A stretch of 24,000 bases of DNA, taken from positions 3,592 to 27,591 of the forward strand of contig JAUVSF010000012.1 of the NCBI GenBank assembly GCA_030597245.1. Reading direction: 5' to 3'. The DNA is from Acidobacteriota bacterium. Lineage in GTDB: Bacteria; Acidobacteriota; UBA6911; RPQK01; JAPXNP01. Shown here one piece after another: positions 10,001 through 17,688 of the stretch. The notes beneath the pieces are model-generated. The model saw only the letters and a program-made list of their open reading frames with translations, searched no databases and had not been told where the DNA came from. Positions within the stretch are counted from its first letter, which is position 1, and the number at the start of each line of letters is the position of its first letter. The position numbers were made by a program, and so were the translations under genes.

Positions 10001-10448
10001 CCAGAGCTTCTGCGCCTTTGCGAAGATGCTCGAAATCCTTAGACGGGAGACCGGAAAGGATGTCATGAATGATCTTGACAAGGAGGGGATCCTTTTGGGC
10101 TTGAGGGGAAGTCTCCAGGGCGCTCAGGCTCTTGGCGGTCGATATCAGATCGAGGTATCGATAGAGTCGAACCTGCATTTCCGCTGCTGCCTTGCGAGTA
10201 AAGGTAGTAAGCACGATTGGTCGGATAATGGTGCTCGCTGCACGAAGACGACGGACGCGATCTTCGGATAGATAGAGTTCCTTTGAGGCCCACTTCAGTA
10301 GCAGGTAGAGTGCTCGCAGAGCCAACGTGTGTGTCTTCCCGGTCCCGGCACTTGCCCAGACGAAGGCGTGGCCCCTGGCGGTGATCGCTGCCAGGCGCTG
10401 GCCCTCATCTTCGACGTTTGTGTCTTGAATTGGGTTCGCGTTATCCAT
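7035..10448 (-). CDS. addA: AddA-like UvrD/Rep-family helicase with C-terminal PD-(D/E)XK nuclease
   Basis: 1137-aa ORF: Walker A WASAGTGKTHTLALRAL, motif II LLVDEFQDTDPLQLELL, motif V-like MTVHKAKGLEAKYVIL, nuclease GVIDLILDEGSQICAIDYKTGKKP and QESVY. Overlaps the upstream addB-like gene by 8 nt. Confidence 0.88.
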   Translation of the reverse strand: MDNANPIQDTNVEDEGQRLAAITARGHAFVWASAGTGKTHTLALRALYLLLKWASKELYLSEDRVRRLRAASTIIRPIVLTTFTRKAAAEMQVRLYRYLDLISTAKSLSALETSPQAQKDPLLVKIIHDILSGLPSKDFEHLRKGAEALAERASELQISTIHSFATGILRRHPLQSQIPPGTRFAQEDEDDVSGIEEEVVDRWWQTQAWNNPEIQADLAEVMRAVGVGDIKACMEAVYSEPWIATEIESLAQIEPSEQRRAIAAIEALARALPATSKASRLAAEMLEYTDDVKAGDPAGWQSLTQLVRREKNYLFLNGSGTPKGVNESIGSLVRDHARFFESYYSLYSITLGSTLSGTLLTAWSAWIRVLKSFSAWSTHASIRLLGLVSFDDMIRLSAQMLREHPDVRRQESRRLRALLVDEFQDTDPLQLELLGNLLHRPKGSNHEVLGFFVGDIKQSIYRFRGTDVPSIQRFFDEFQTRSNCRMPVCKSILKTTFRNTQSICNFVNGFFSSSFHLADESQQLIPFRKSESPKPRWVIVKPESAKNKPSAEEVRQALAVTTVNLITEYLEGANTGEPPYKDILVLTRNKRELEALLPALQEAGLPVLSTGTRTFYRHQEVLDVLNLLICLHNPHDSVSTAALLRSPIIGLRDDEIHQLLSMMQPRRIIFSKDPLPDFLPQSALARIQILRKLAVTRHDRILADWLQEAALLIPKAHYTHSTDAEGRSVARMDKVLGDFEKVCSQGMVPPLVWLLKQRHRASRADSWDAALGEDVSIFDESIEAVRIMTVHKAKGLEAKYVILYGWTPILSDALKPNRRSGAETIAVTDSNGRAVRALSMKWGPLEVTTPTYEKALEIEQIQEMEEASRLAYVAATRARDLLVILTPPPSLLPQEIDGYLDTERRRGTRSHLNICEYKAVQRQLSPPSPPALELDSSRYQEIWQSRYASLSMSSGKTLFRPTDKAPTSAVATRTLRQFRPEAVEFGLKVGDLTHAYLERHEGGRELDESTLLTLASRSVQGAVDPELFERVRTILLAFFGGKSADETGRPYCERLQTGRILGREVPFYVYLNDRPWHGVIDLILDEGSQICAIDYKTGKKPQQLPSSYETQESVYVSALCRLFPNREIKFEFWWLET

Positions 10449-13400
10449 TTTCTATCTCTATGCCGGAAAAGCGTCCAGGGGCCTTCCGGTGAAGGAATTT
10501 CATACTCAAGGAACTCCTGCCGAACTCGAAACGACGACAGAGTGAATCGAAGTTACACCCCATGCAGGGTCTTACTTTGTCGAAACCAATCTCTTCGAAT
10601 GCCTGGTTTGAAGTCGGAAAGAAAAACCCTCCTCTCAACAGTTCGGCTAAAGACTCGATCAGGTTGGGCGCGTATGACTCTGACGCGATAGACTCTTCTG
10701 CCGGCGGCTGCTCACCCAGGAAAATGTAGCAAAACTCGGGGACCTCTTCGGTCCCTGACTGAGTCATGTAGAGGAGAGGATAGAGGAGTGGCTGCAGGAA
10801 GAAACCGAGGCCGAGAGCCTGTTCCTTGGCCTTGGTGCTTTTCCAGGGGAGGCGTCCACTTTTGTAATCGATAATCCGAATGCTCTCACCCCATCTATCG
10901 ATCCGGTCCATCTGGCCTGAGAGTCTGATTGAGCCCAGCGCGGGAACCACTTCTCTCGCCATGACTTCGGTTTGAAGGGGGATTCCATCAAAACACTCGC
11001 CCTTAACGATTGCCTGGAGGTAGGAGTGTACTGTTTCGCTAAGCCGCGCTTCACAGGCTGCCCTGAACACGGCAGGTCGTAAACGGAACTCGATTTCAGC
11101 TTCGCCGATCGCAGAGCGGATGTGATGTTCCAGCCGGTCTGCTTCTTTGTCCAGGAGTCGAGTGGCGGTGCTTTTCAGGTTCTCTCGAGACCCCTCAACT
11201 GGGCGTAGGGCGTTCTCGAGGACTTTGTGTACAAGACTCCCCCAAGTAAGAGGGTCAAGCTCCTCGAGGCTTTCAGGGGGGGCAATCGATTCGAGGTAGG
11301 CAATGTTCGATGCCCAGAACCGAAACGGGCAACGAGCGAGTGTTTCAAATCGAGTGACGCTCACGCGTTGGTTTGGGATGTCCTCGGTAAACGCAGCAGA
11401 CGCGATTGCTCCATACCAATCGACTCGACGCTCAATTCGAGTGACCGGCTCCAGAACTTGTCCCCCGGGTCCAAGCCTCGGTCGAGGGAAGTCACGGTCA
11501 AGAAAGTCAGCAAAACGGGGAGGAAGCATCGAACCCGTCCGGGGGTCCAGGGCGTACAGGTATCGAGCTTGCTCAATAGGACTACGAGGGATTCGACTGG
11601 GCCCTGATTCTGTGGAAGTTGGGTTCCTCAACTGCTGTAGATAACGTAAAACCCATGGATTCGGCGATACGCCGCGCCCGGTTTCATCTGTTTCGGGGAT
11701 GACCCAATGGACCCTGTCGGCCGAGGTGTTCAATAAAAAAAAGAGGAGGCTCATCTCGTCTGTAGCGTGGGATTTAACCGGGAGACGATGGCCAACTTGG
11801 CCTGCCTTCCTCCTGAGGCGCCTCCGCGATTCGTCTGAAAGGAGAGGATCTTCCTCGATCCGGCTGGGAAATCTGTTGGAGGACAGACCGAGAAGCACAA
11901 CGGCACCGCCTGTTAAGCCGCGCGCCCGCATGAGCGGTACCAGCAGGACTCCTGGCCGGTCAACCGGGTCGGAGAAAGTTTCATCCTGGACTGCTGCCTC
12001 CAGGATTAACGCCAGGGCCTCGCGAGGGATAAGCGTTTCTGATCTGATTCCCGCGACTGCCTCGGAAATGGGAGTGATGATCGTCGGGTCCTCCAGCCAG
12101 GAAGCCATCGATTCCAGAAGGTCGAGCACCTCTCGGGCTGAGAACGAAACCTGTCGCCGTGAGACCAGGCTAGCCACTTGCTTAACGAACTGGCTTTCCT
12201 CGATCGTGAAGGAAAGAGTTTCCCTCAGCTCTTCCTCGGTTTTCTCTTTGCAGAACTCCGAGAGAGCCTCCCACGAAAACCCCCCGGTCACGGGCAAGTT
12301 TCTGATGATGGATTCGAAATGATCGAGATAAAAGCCGAACCGTCGAGCAACGCCGGGAAAGTCTCGCAGGTATGTCAGCACCCAATCGAGTGGAGCTCCT
12401 TCACTCCAGATTCTATATAGCTGCTGCAGGGGATTGATCTGCTTCTGTGCCGTCAGGGGTAGGTCTGCTACCCTCAGCGGAATTGCGAAATCAGCAAATA
12501 CCTCGGCGACGGTCCCGTAATAAGTTTCGATATCGGGTGCCACAAGCAGAATATCGTCCGGTGAGATTCCCGGATCTGAATCCATCCATGTGCGGATTCT
12601 CTGTGCCACCGAGACAACTTCGGCTTGAATCCCTGAGGCGTGTTGGAAAGTCAGGCGGTCAGGTTGGGCCGGAACTTCTCCCTCAGGGTAGCTCTGAAGG
12701 AAGAAGGAGGTGGCTCGGTCAGCAGGTATCTCAGCAGTGCGCGTCTCGATCAACGAGGACCCGAGTCTGATCTTCAGGTCATCCAGGACTGGTCGAGAGA
12801 AAGAGAAGGCAGGGTGGCAGTCGCGGCCTTCCACGAACGGATAATAGAGATCGACAGAACACTGTTTTCCGAGGGCTGCAATTGTCTCGAGGTTGATATC
12901 AGTAAAATCATAGAATCCGTGGAGATAGAGTCTTGGAGTCTGGCCTGCTTCGGCTGACATAGCCTGGTAGAGACCTTCCACTGAACTCTCGAGAATCCAG
13001 GTTGGCAGTGCCTGTTGTTGTAGCGGTTCCCAAGTCAGGTCGGAAGCGTCGAGAATGGCAATCCAACTCAGGTAGAGAAGAAGAGTCCCGCGCTCCAAGG
13101 GGGTCAGGTCGGGCTCGCTTGCCAGTTCTGCCAGGATCTCCAGCTGATCGGGGCCAAATCCACCGTCAGCCAGGTCAAGAAAGGTTGGCCGTAAGTAGGC
13201 AAAACTGGTTGAGTTTTCCTTTAATATGGGCAGGCCGCTCTTGGGGGCCGCTTCTGCAACCAATTCCATCAAGAGAAGATCCTGAGCAGGTTCCCACCTT
13301 GAGCCCTTCGTCCGGAAAGCTCGTTCGCCAAGGTTGTTCAGAAATCGAGAAAGGGGGAGAACGCGGACTCCTCCCAGCGGTGCGACCCGAGTCTTCTGAG

Positions 13401-13554
13401 CGAGTTGTCTGCGGAGGCTGTTTGCAGAAGTCGATGTTGGAGTCAGCACCCATCTTGGGGACAGAGGATCGATTTCGTTACAATTGTAGAGGTCGGAGAT
13501 CAGTTGTTCCTGAAGCTGCCGGAATGAGGGGGCATGAATCAGATTAACCGCCAT
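10441..13554 (-). CDS. addB: AddB-like subunit (UvrD-like fold with C-terminal Fe-S PD-(D/E)XK nuclease)
   Basis: Longest ORF is 10441..13590. The start is assigned to MAVNLIHAPSF at 13554. VPLMRARGLTGGAVVLLGLSSNRFPSRIEEDPLLSDESRRRL, ARCPFRFWASNIAYLE, LSGQMDRIDRWGESIRIIDYKSGRLP, C-terminal PCMGCNFDSLCRR (CX2CX5C), which together with the upstream Cys matches an AddB-type Fe-S nuclease. Confidence 0.85.
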   Translation of the reverse strand: MAVNLIHAPSFRQLQEQLISDLYNCNEIDPLSPRWVLTPTSTSANSLRRQLAQKTRVAPLGGVRVLPLSRFLNNLGERAFRTKGSRWEPAQDLLLMELVAEAAPKSGLPILKENSTSFAYLRPTFLDLADGGFGPDQLEILAELASEPDLTPLERGTLLLYLSWIAILDASDLTWEPLQQQALPTWILESSVEGLYQAMSAEAGQTPRLYLHGFYDFTDINLETIAALGKQCSVDLYYPFVEGRDCHPAFSFSRPVLDDLKIRLGSSLIETRTAEIPADRATSFFLQSYPEGEVPAQPDRLTFQHASGIQAEVVSVAQRIRTWMDSDPGISPDDILLVAPDIETYYGTVAEVFADFAIPLRVADLPLTAQKQINPLQQLYRIWSEGAPLDWVLTYLRDFPGVARRFGFYLDHFESIIRNLPVTGGFSWEALSEFCKEKTEEELRETLSFTIEESQFVKQVASLVSRRQVSFSAREVLDLLESMASWLEDPTIITPISEAVAGIRSETLIPREALALILEAAVQDETFSDPVDRPGVLLVPLMRARGLTGGAVVLLGLSSNRFPSRIEEDPLLSDESRRRLRRKAGQVGHRLPVKSHATDEMSLLFFLLNTSADRVHWVIPETDETGRGVSPNPWVLRYLQQLRNPTSTESGPSRIPRSPIEQARYLYALDPRTGSMLPPRFADFLDRDFPRPRLGPGGQVLEPVTRIERRVDWYGAIASAAFTEDIPNQRVSVTRFETLARCPFRFWASNIAYLESIAPPESLEELDPLTWGSLVHKVLENALRPVEGSRENLKSTATRLLDKEADRLEHHIRSAIGEAEIEFRLRPAVFRAACEARLSETVHSYLQAIVKGECFDGIPLQTEVMAREVVPALGSIRLSGQMDRIDRWGESIRIIDYKSGRLPWKSTKAKEQALGLGFFLQPLLYPLLYMTQSGTEEVPEFCYIFLGEQPPAEESIASESYAPNLIESLAELLRGGFFFPTSNQAFEEIGFDKVRPCMGCNFDSLCRRFEFGRSSLSMKFLHRKAPGRFSGIEIENG

Positions 13555-13746
13555 TAACACAGTCTCCAGCTGCCGACAAGAACCAAACACATAACGCTAA
13601 CAACGTTCTCTGACAGTAGGGCAGCTTGGCTCACATGAGTCCTTTGGACTATTCTGAGGGGAGTCCGAGTAGATGATTCCAATTGCAGTTCTTTGGGAGA
13701 CGGTGTTTGGGAGCCATGCTGATACGGTAGTGAAAGGTAGACGATT

Positions 13747-14397
13747 GTGACAAGTCCGAAGGGCTCTGTTTTGATCCTCGCCTCCGTTTCACCGCGGCGG
13801 AAGGAACTGCTGTCCAGGCTCGGTTACCCGTTCGAAGTTCTCGAAAGTGGAGTCTTGGAGGACGAACCGCCCGGGATGACACCACGGGAAACCGTGCAAT
13901 ATCTCGCATCTTTGAAGGCGGACTCTGTCGCGGATACGGGGACGCTGGAGGATGGGATTATCCTGGCGGCTGATACCGTGATCGATCTCGACGGGCGCAT
14001 CTTGGGGAAGCCCGGAGACCATGGCGATGCGGTCCGGATATTGAAGGAGCTCGGGGGCCGGACTCACCGAGTAGTTACCGGGGTTTGTTTGCTCACCTCC
14101 TGTAAAAGAAAACGTTCATTGTTCTCTGTGGCGACAGACGTAAACATGAAAGCCTACTCAGATGAAGAGATCGGCGTTTACGTTGAAAGTGGAGAGCCGA
14201 TGGACAAGGCAGGGGCCTATGCGGTACAGGGGCTCGGGGGAAATCTGGTGGCTTCTGTGCAAGGCTGTTACAACAATGTCGTAGGCCTCCCCTTGTGTGA
14301 AGTTGTGCGTCATCTCACCTCCTTTGGCCTTCCCCTGGACCCACACCGTGCCTATTGTACGTTGCCTTCTGGAGAACCTTGTCCGGGGGAGCGGTAA
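13747..14397 (+). CDS. maf: Maf-family nucleoside triphosphate pyrophosphatase
   Basis: 216-aa ORF, GTG start: LILASVSPRRKELLSRLGYPFEV, ILAADTVIDLDGRILGKPGD, YVESGEPMDKAGAYAVQGLGG, NNVVGLPLCEV. Confidence 0.93.
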   Translation: MTSPKGSVLILASVSPRRKELLSRLGYPFEVLESGVLEDEPPGMTPRETVQYLASLKADSVADTGTLEDGIILAADTVIDLDGRILGKPGDHGDAVRILKELGGRTHRVVTGVCLLTSCKRKRSLFSVATDVNMKAYSDEEIGVYVESGEPMDKAGAYAVQGLGGNLVASVQGCYNNVVGLPLCEVVRHLTSFGLPLDPHRAYCTLPSGEPCPGER

Positions 14398-14504
14398 TCG
14401 GTTATCGGTGATCGGTGATCGGTAACCACAAAGTCACTAAATCACAAGAAGTTCTTAGTTGTGGTTTTGTGCTGGATCACCGATAAGCGTTAACCGATCA
14501 CCGA
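14392..14504. repeat. Mosaic degenerate intergenic repeat R3 with hairpin potential (maf/hydrolase gap)
   Basis: CGGTAATCGGTTATCGGTGATCGGTGATCGGTAACC, then AAAGTCACTAAATCACAAGAAG, then ATCACCGATAAGCGTTAACCGATCACCGA. Contains a perfect 12-bp inverted repeat TCGGTGATCGGT / ACCGATCACCGA (14412-14423 / 14493-14504). Confidence 0.85.
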
Positions 14505-14571
14505 CTTGGTGCTTCCTGGCTGCCCCAGATACAGGTTCCGGGTAGAATAGTGACCTTCAAGGACGGTCAAG

Positions 14572-15351
14572 ATGAGAGGTGCAACTGAAAAAGTAGCCAT
14601 TCCGGGACATACTGGTCTCGACCTGGCAGGGGTTCTCCACAGCCCTGAAGGGTCGGTTGTAAAAGGCACCCTGGTATTCTGTCACTGCTTCACCTGCTCT
14701 AAGGACTACAAGCTGCTGGTCTGGTTGGCAAGGGAACTTGTTCAGAAGAGCTATCGTGTCCTCCGTTTCGATTTTACGGGACTGGGCAACAGCAAAGGAG
14801 AGTTTCGAGATTCAACGCTTTCGACCGACGTTCTGGACCTGATTGAGGTGGTTAACTGGCTGGAACGCCGGGGCAACACGGTAGCCGGGTTACTGGGGCA
14901 TTCTCTTGGCGGTACGGTTGCCATTCTTGGAGCTGGGCAGCTCTCCGCGGTGAAGCCCGTAATCGTTATGGGAACATCGCATGACCCGGAAAGGGTTACG
15001 AGATTGCTGGACCAGAAGGGTTGGCAGACGTTGCGAGACAAGGGGTACGTTGCGGTGAGAGTCGGAGGACAGGAACTCCCGTTCAGCCGGAAATTTGTAC
15101 AGGACCTCAAGGCTCACTCCCTGAAGGAAACAGTCTTTTCGTGGGACAATGCGCTTTTGATTGTCCACGGTACGGCCGATAGCATTGTTCCCCTGTCCAG
15201 TGCGGAGGAACTCTTCGAAGCTGCCGGCTATCCGAAGGCGTTCGTCTCGATTCCCGGCGCAGACCATCTGTTTGTCAATAACAGGTCCCAGGCGTCGAAC
15301 ATCGCAACCATCATTGACCAATGGGTACAACTAAACGGAGGCAAAGGATGA
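14572..15351 (+). CDS. Alpha/beta hydrolase of the type often found fused to or adjacent to OsmC domains (stand-alone here)
   Basis: 259-aa ORF: LVFCHCFTCSKDYK, VLRFDFTGLGNSKGEF, GHSLGGTVAI nucleophile elbow, LLIVHGTADSIVP, IPGADHLF. Confidence 0.87.
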   Translation: MRGATEKVAIPGHTGLDLAGVLHSPEGSVVKGTLVFCHCFTCSKDYKLLVWLARELVQKSYRVLRFDFTGLGNSKGEFRDSTLSTDVLDLIEVVNWLERRGNTVAGLLGHSLGGTVAILGAGQLSAVKPVIVMGTSHDPERVTRLLDQKGWQTLRDKGYVAVRVGGQELPFSRKFVQDLKAHSLKETVFSWDNALLIVHGTADSIVPLSSAEELFEAAGYPKAFVSIPGADHLFVNNRSQASNIATIIDQWVQLNGGKG

Positions 15352-16004
15352 TTAAGGGTGTCATCTTCGATATGGATGGAGTTCTCCTCGATAATGTTGA
15401 GTATCATCTCGAAGCCTTTCGGCTTTTTGGAGAAGAGCAGGGCAAGTCACTGACGAGAGAGAATATTCAGTCCGTTTTCGGCCGGAAGAACTGGGATATG
15501 TTGGAGGTTCTCCTGGAACGTCGTCTGGAAAAAGATGAGGCCGATCGCCTCGCGGATCGAAAGGAAGAACTTTACCGCCAACTTGTACTTTCCGAGTTGC
15601 AGGAAGCTGTGGTCAAGGGGTTGCCCGAGTTTCTGGAGTCCCTCGAGAAGGAAGGGGTGCCCATGGCCGTAGCGACGAGTGGTCCCATTGAGAATGTCGA
15701 TATGGTATTTGACGGGCTCGGAATCCGTTCCAGGTTTAGCGCCGTTGTGACCGGTGATCAGGTGCAGCACGGTAAACCTCATCCGGAAGCCTTTTTGACG
15801 GCGGCGGCGTTCCTTAACCTGTCGCCTGCAGATTGTGTTGTCTTCGAAGATTCGGTCTCAGGAATCAATGCCGCTCTGAGTGCCGGATGTACGTGTGTGG
15901 CAGTTGCAACGACTCATGAAGAGGAGGAACTCAAAGCGCTGTCACCTCATCTTGTGATTTTGGATTTCCAGGATTTCCACCCAGACCGGTTGCAAGAACT
16001 ATAG
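15348..16004 (+). CDS. HAD-superfamily phosphatase (beta-phosphoglucomutase-like)
   Basis: Start placed at MIKGVIFDMDGVLLDN (the longer ORF begins at 15321), overlapping the upstream stop by ATGA. GVPMAVATSGP, GKPHPEAFLTAAAFL, CVVFEDSVSGINAALSAG. Confidence 0.9.
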   Translation: MIKGVIFDMDGVLLDNVEYHLEAFRLFGEEQGKSLTRENIQSVFGRKNWDMLEVLLERRLEKDEADRLADRKEELYRQLVLSELQEAVVKGLPEFLESLEKEGVPMAVATSGPIENVDMVFDGLGIRSRFSAVVTGDQVQHGKPHPEAFLTAAAFLNLSPADCVVFEDSVSGINAALSAGCTCVAVATTHEEEELKALSPHLVILDFQDFHPDRLQEL

Positions 16005-16033
16005 GGTGCGTTGCCCAAAAGGGCATCCCACGC

Positions 16034-16057
16034 AAGCTCGAAGTCCGAAGCTCGAAA
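16034..16057. repeat. Short AAGCTCGAA repeat R4
   Basis: AAGCTCGAA-GTCCG-AAGCTCGAA: a direct 9-mer repeat between the HAD and alpha/beta-hydrolase genes. Confidence 0.6.
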
Positions 16058-16093
16058 CAAGCGGGAGTTATGGTTTAATCAGGTAATAGGCTC

Positions 16094-16939
16094 ATGTGGT
16101 TAGTGATTGCTTTCTTCGCTGGAGTGGTACTGGGAGTTGTCGCCTGTCTCTTCCTGGTCCTGTGGTACGCCATTCCCCACATGGAGCGCTTCTATGTTTT
16201 CAGACCGTCGCGGGATATTTTGAAGACTCCAGCCGATTACGGGATTCCTTATGATCAGTGCTTCATCGAGTCTGATGAAGGCGTCCGATTGTGCGCCTGG
16301 CATCTCCGGCCTGACAATCCAGTCGGGAGTCTGATCTACTTTCATGGGAATGGTGGGAACCTGGGTACCCTGAACGAGATCCTCGCCATGCTTTACCGTC
16401 AGAGACTTCAGGTACTGGCCGTGGATTACAGAGGGTATGGGTGGAGTACCGGTGCTCCCTCCGAGCAGGGGCTCTACACTGATGCGATCGCCACGGTTGA
16501 CTATTTCAACGCTAATTTCAGAGATCCCAAGTTGGGATTGGTTTACTGGGGGCGGTCGCTGGGCAGTTGTGTGGCTGCCTACGCCGCCCGGACCAGTCCT
16601 CCGGATGGACTTGTTCTCGAGACGGCCTTTCCGAGTAAGTCCTCCCTGCTTGAACACTACCCTCACTTGAAACCGTTTAAACCGTTTTCCCGATATCGCT
16701 TCAATACGGCAGAATACCTGGAGGGTCACCAGTTCCCGGTACTTCTACTCCATGGTGACAAAGATCGAACCGTGCCCCTCAAGCAGGGACAACAACTCTA
16801 TACCGCGCTTTCGCAGCCTAAGGAGTTCTGGTGTGTCCGGGGCGGCGGACACGTAGACATACATATGGTAGATACCGAGCGCTATCTACAGAAGATCGTA
16901 GGGTTCATCGAAGCCACGAAACCGCCGGTCATTCATTAG
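16094..16939 (+). CDS. Membrane-anchored alpha/beta hydrolase (ABHD13/BEM46-like)
   Basis: 281-aa ORF with an N-terminal TM segment (LVIAFFAGVVLGVVACLFLVLWYAI), LIYFHGNGGNLGTL, VLAVDYRGYGWSTG, YWGRSLGSCVA, PVLLLHGDKDRTVP. Confidence 0.9.
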   Translation: MWLVIAFFAGVVLGVVACLFLVLWYAIPHMERFYVFRPSRDILKTPADYGIPYDQCFIESDEGVRLCAWHLRPDNPVGSLIYFHGNGGNLGTLNEILAMLYRQRLQVLAVDYRGYGWSTGAPSEQGLYTDAIATVDYFNANFRDPKLGLVYWGRSLGSCVAAYAARTSPPDGLVLETAFPSKSSLLEHYPHLKPFKPFSRYRFNTAEYLEGHQFPVLLLHGDKDRTVPLKQGQQLYTALSQPKEFWCVRGGGHVDIHMVDTERYLQKIVGFIEATKPPVIH

Positions 16940-17023
16940 CTGGGTTGCCATTTCCGGTCTGTGGAACAGACCCGTAACTTCTGTCGCCGGCGAGTGCTTC
17001 CGAGGGCCGTGAATCCAACAACG

Positions 17024-17614
17024 TCAGGAACTTCGATAGACAGAAGCGTAGATATTCCGAAACGGGGTAACGCAGAAGTTTTCGACCAACGTCTTAGAGG
17101 CAACCGGTTTCGACGCAAGCTTTGGGAGAAGCCGCGCATTCAGTCGGAACGAAAGCCGCATGATATCCGCTTTTCCTTCGCGCACTTCCAGCGTAACAGC
17201 ATCCTCGAAATTCGAATCCAATTCGAAAACATCCTCGTACGAACGGTTCCTTAATTCGTATGGAGTAGGCAAGGATTCCTTTCCCGTCCGCAGATAATGA
17301 TCCTTCAGCCTGTTTTGGAATTCGTCGATGTTGAAGTTCTCGACCTTGTTGTTTACGCTGATCTCGATCAGCAACTCACCATCCAGCTGGAAGGAGCGGA
17401 GCCCGTAAGTGAAGTCAAGCTCGTCTTTGCTGAATTTGATTCGGTGCCCGTTCTCATCGTGAAATCTTTTCAGTTCCTCTTCCTGATCGAGGGAACTGTC
17501 TTCGGCCAGACGCTCGGAAGTGACGTAATAGCTCGAAACCCTTCCGTACCACTCGTCGATTATAAGGCCCAAAACGCTCTCAATGGCCTTTTGGACTTCT
17601 GTTTGGTCATCCAT
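17024..17614 (-). CDS. Uncharacterised acidic soluble protein
   Basis: 196-aa ORF with no long competing ORF, filling the space between two + strand genes. No family recognised from sequence. Confidence 0.6.
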   Translation of the reverse strand: MDDQTEVQKAIESVLGLIIDEWYGRVSSYYVTSERLAEDSSLDQEEELKRFHDENGHRIKFSKDELDFTYGLRSFQLDGELLIEISVNNKVENFNIDEFQNRLKDHYLRTGKESLPTPYELRNRSYEDVFELDSNFEDAVTLEVREGKADIMRLSFRLNARLLPKLASKPVASKTLVENFCVTPFRNIYASVYRSS

Positions 17615-17688
17615 AAAGCTAATCCAAGGATTCTAGCAGTTTTTCCTGAGTAGTAAACAGGATTTGGCGTGTTAAACTAAAACCAGCT

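Noticed and set aside
11699-12322. 207-aa + strand ORF, plus other long + ORFs at 11303-13547
   Set aside because: Shadow ORFs antisense to the addB-like gene. Composition is Arg/Ser-rich with no motif.
7035-13554. Defence island centred on the helicase-nuclease pair
   Set aside because: Motifs match AddA/AddB and neighbours are housekeeping genes. No methyltransferase, toxin, reverse transcriptase or phage-type partner in the window.
16012-16025. TGCCC-AAAA-GGGCA hairpin after the HAD gene
   Set aside because: Short 5-bp stem with no T-run. Insufficient as a terminator call.
16956-16972. GGTCTG-tggaa-CAGACC hairpin in the convergent gap
   Set aside because: Perfect 6-bp stem but no T-tract on either side. 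Could be a weak terminator, not enough to call.
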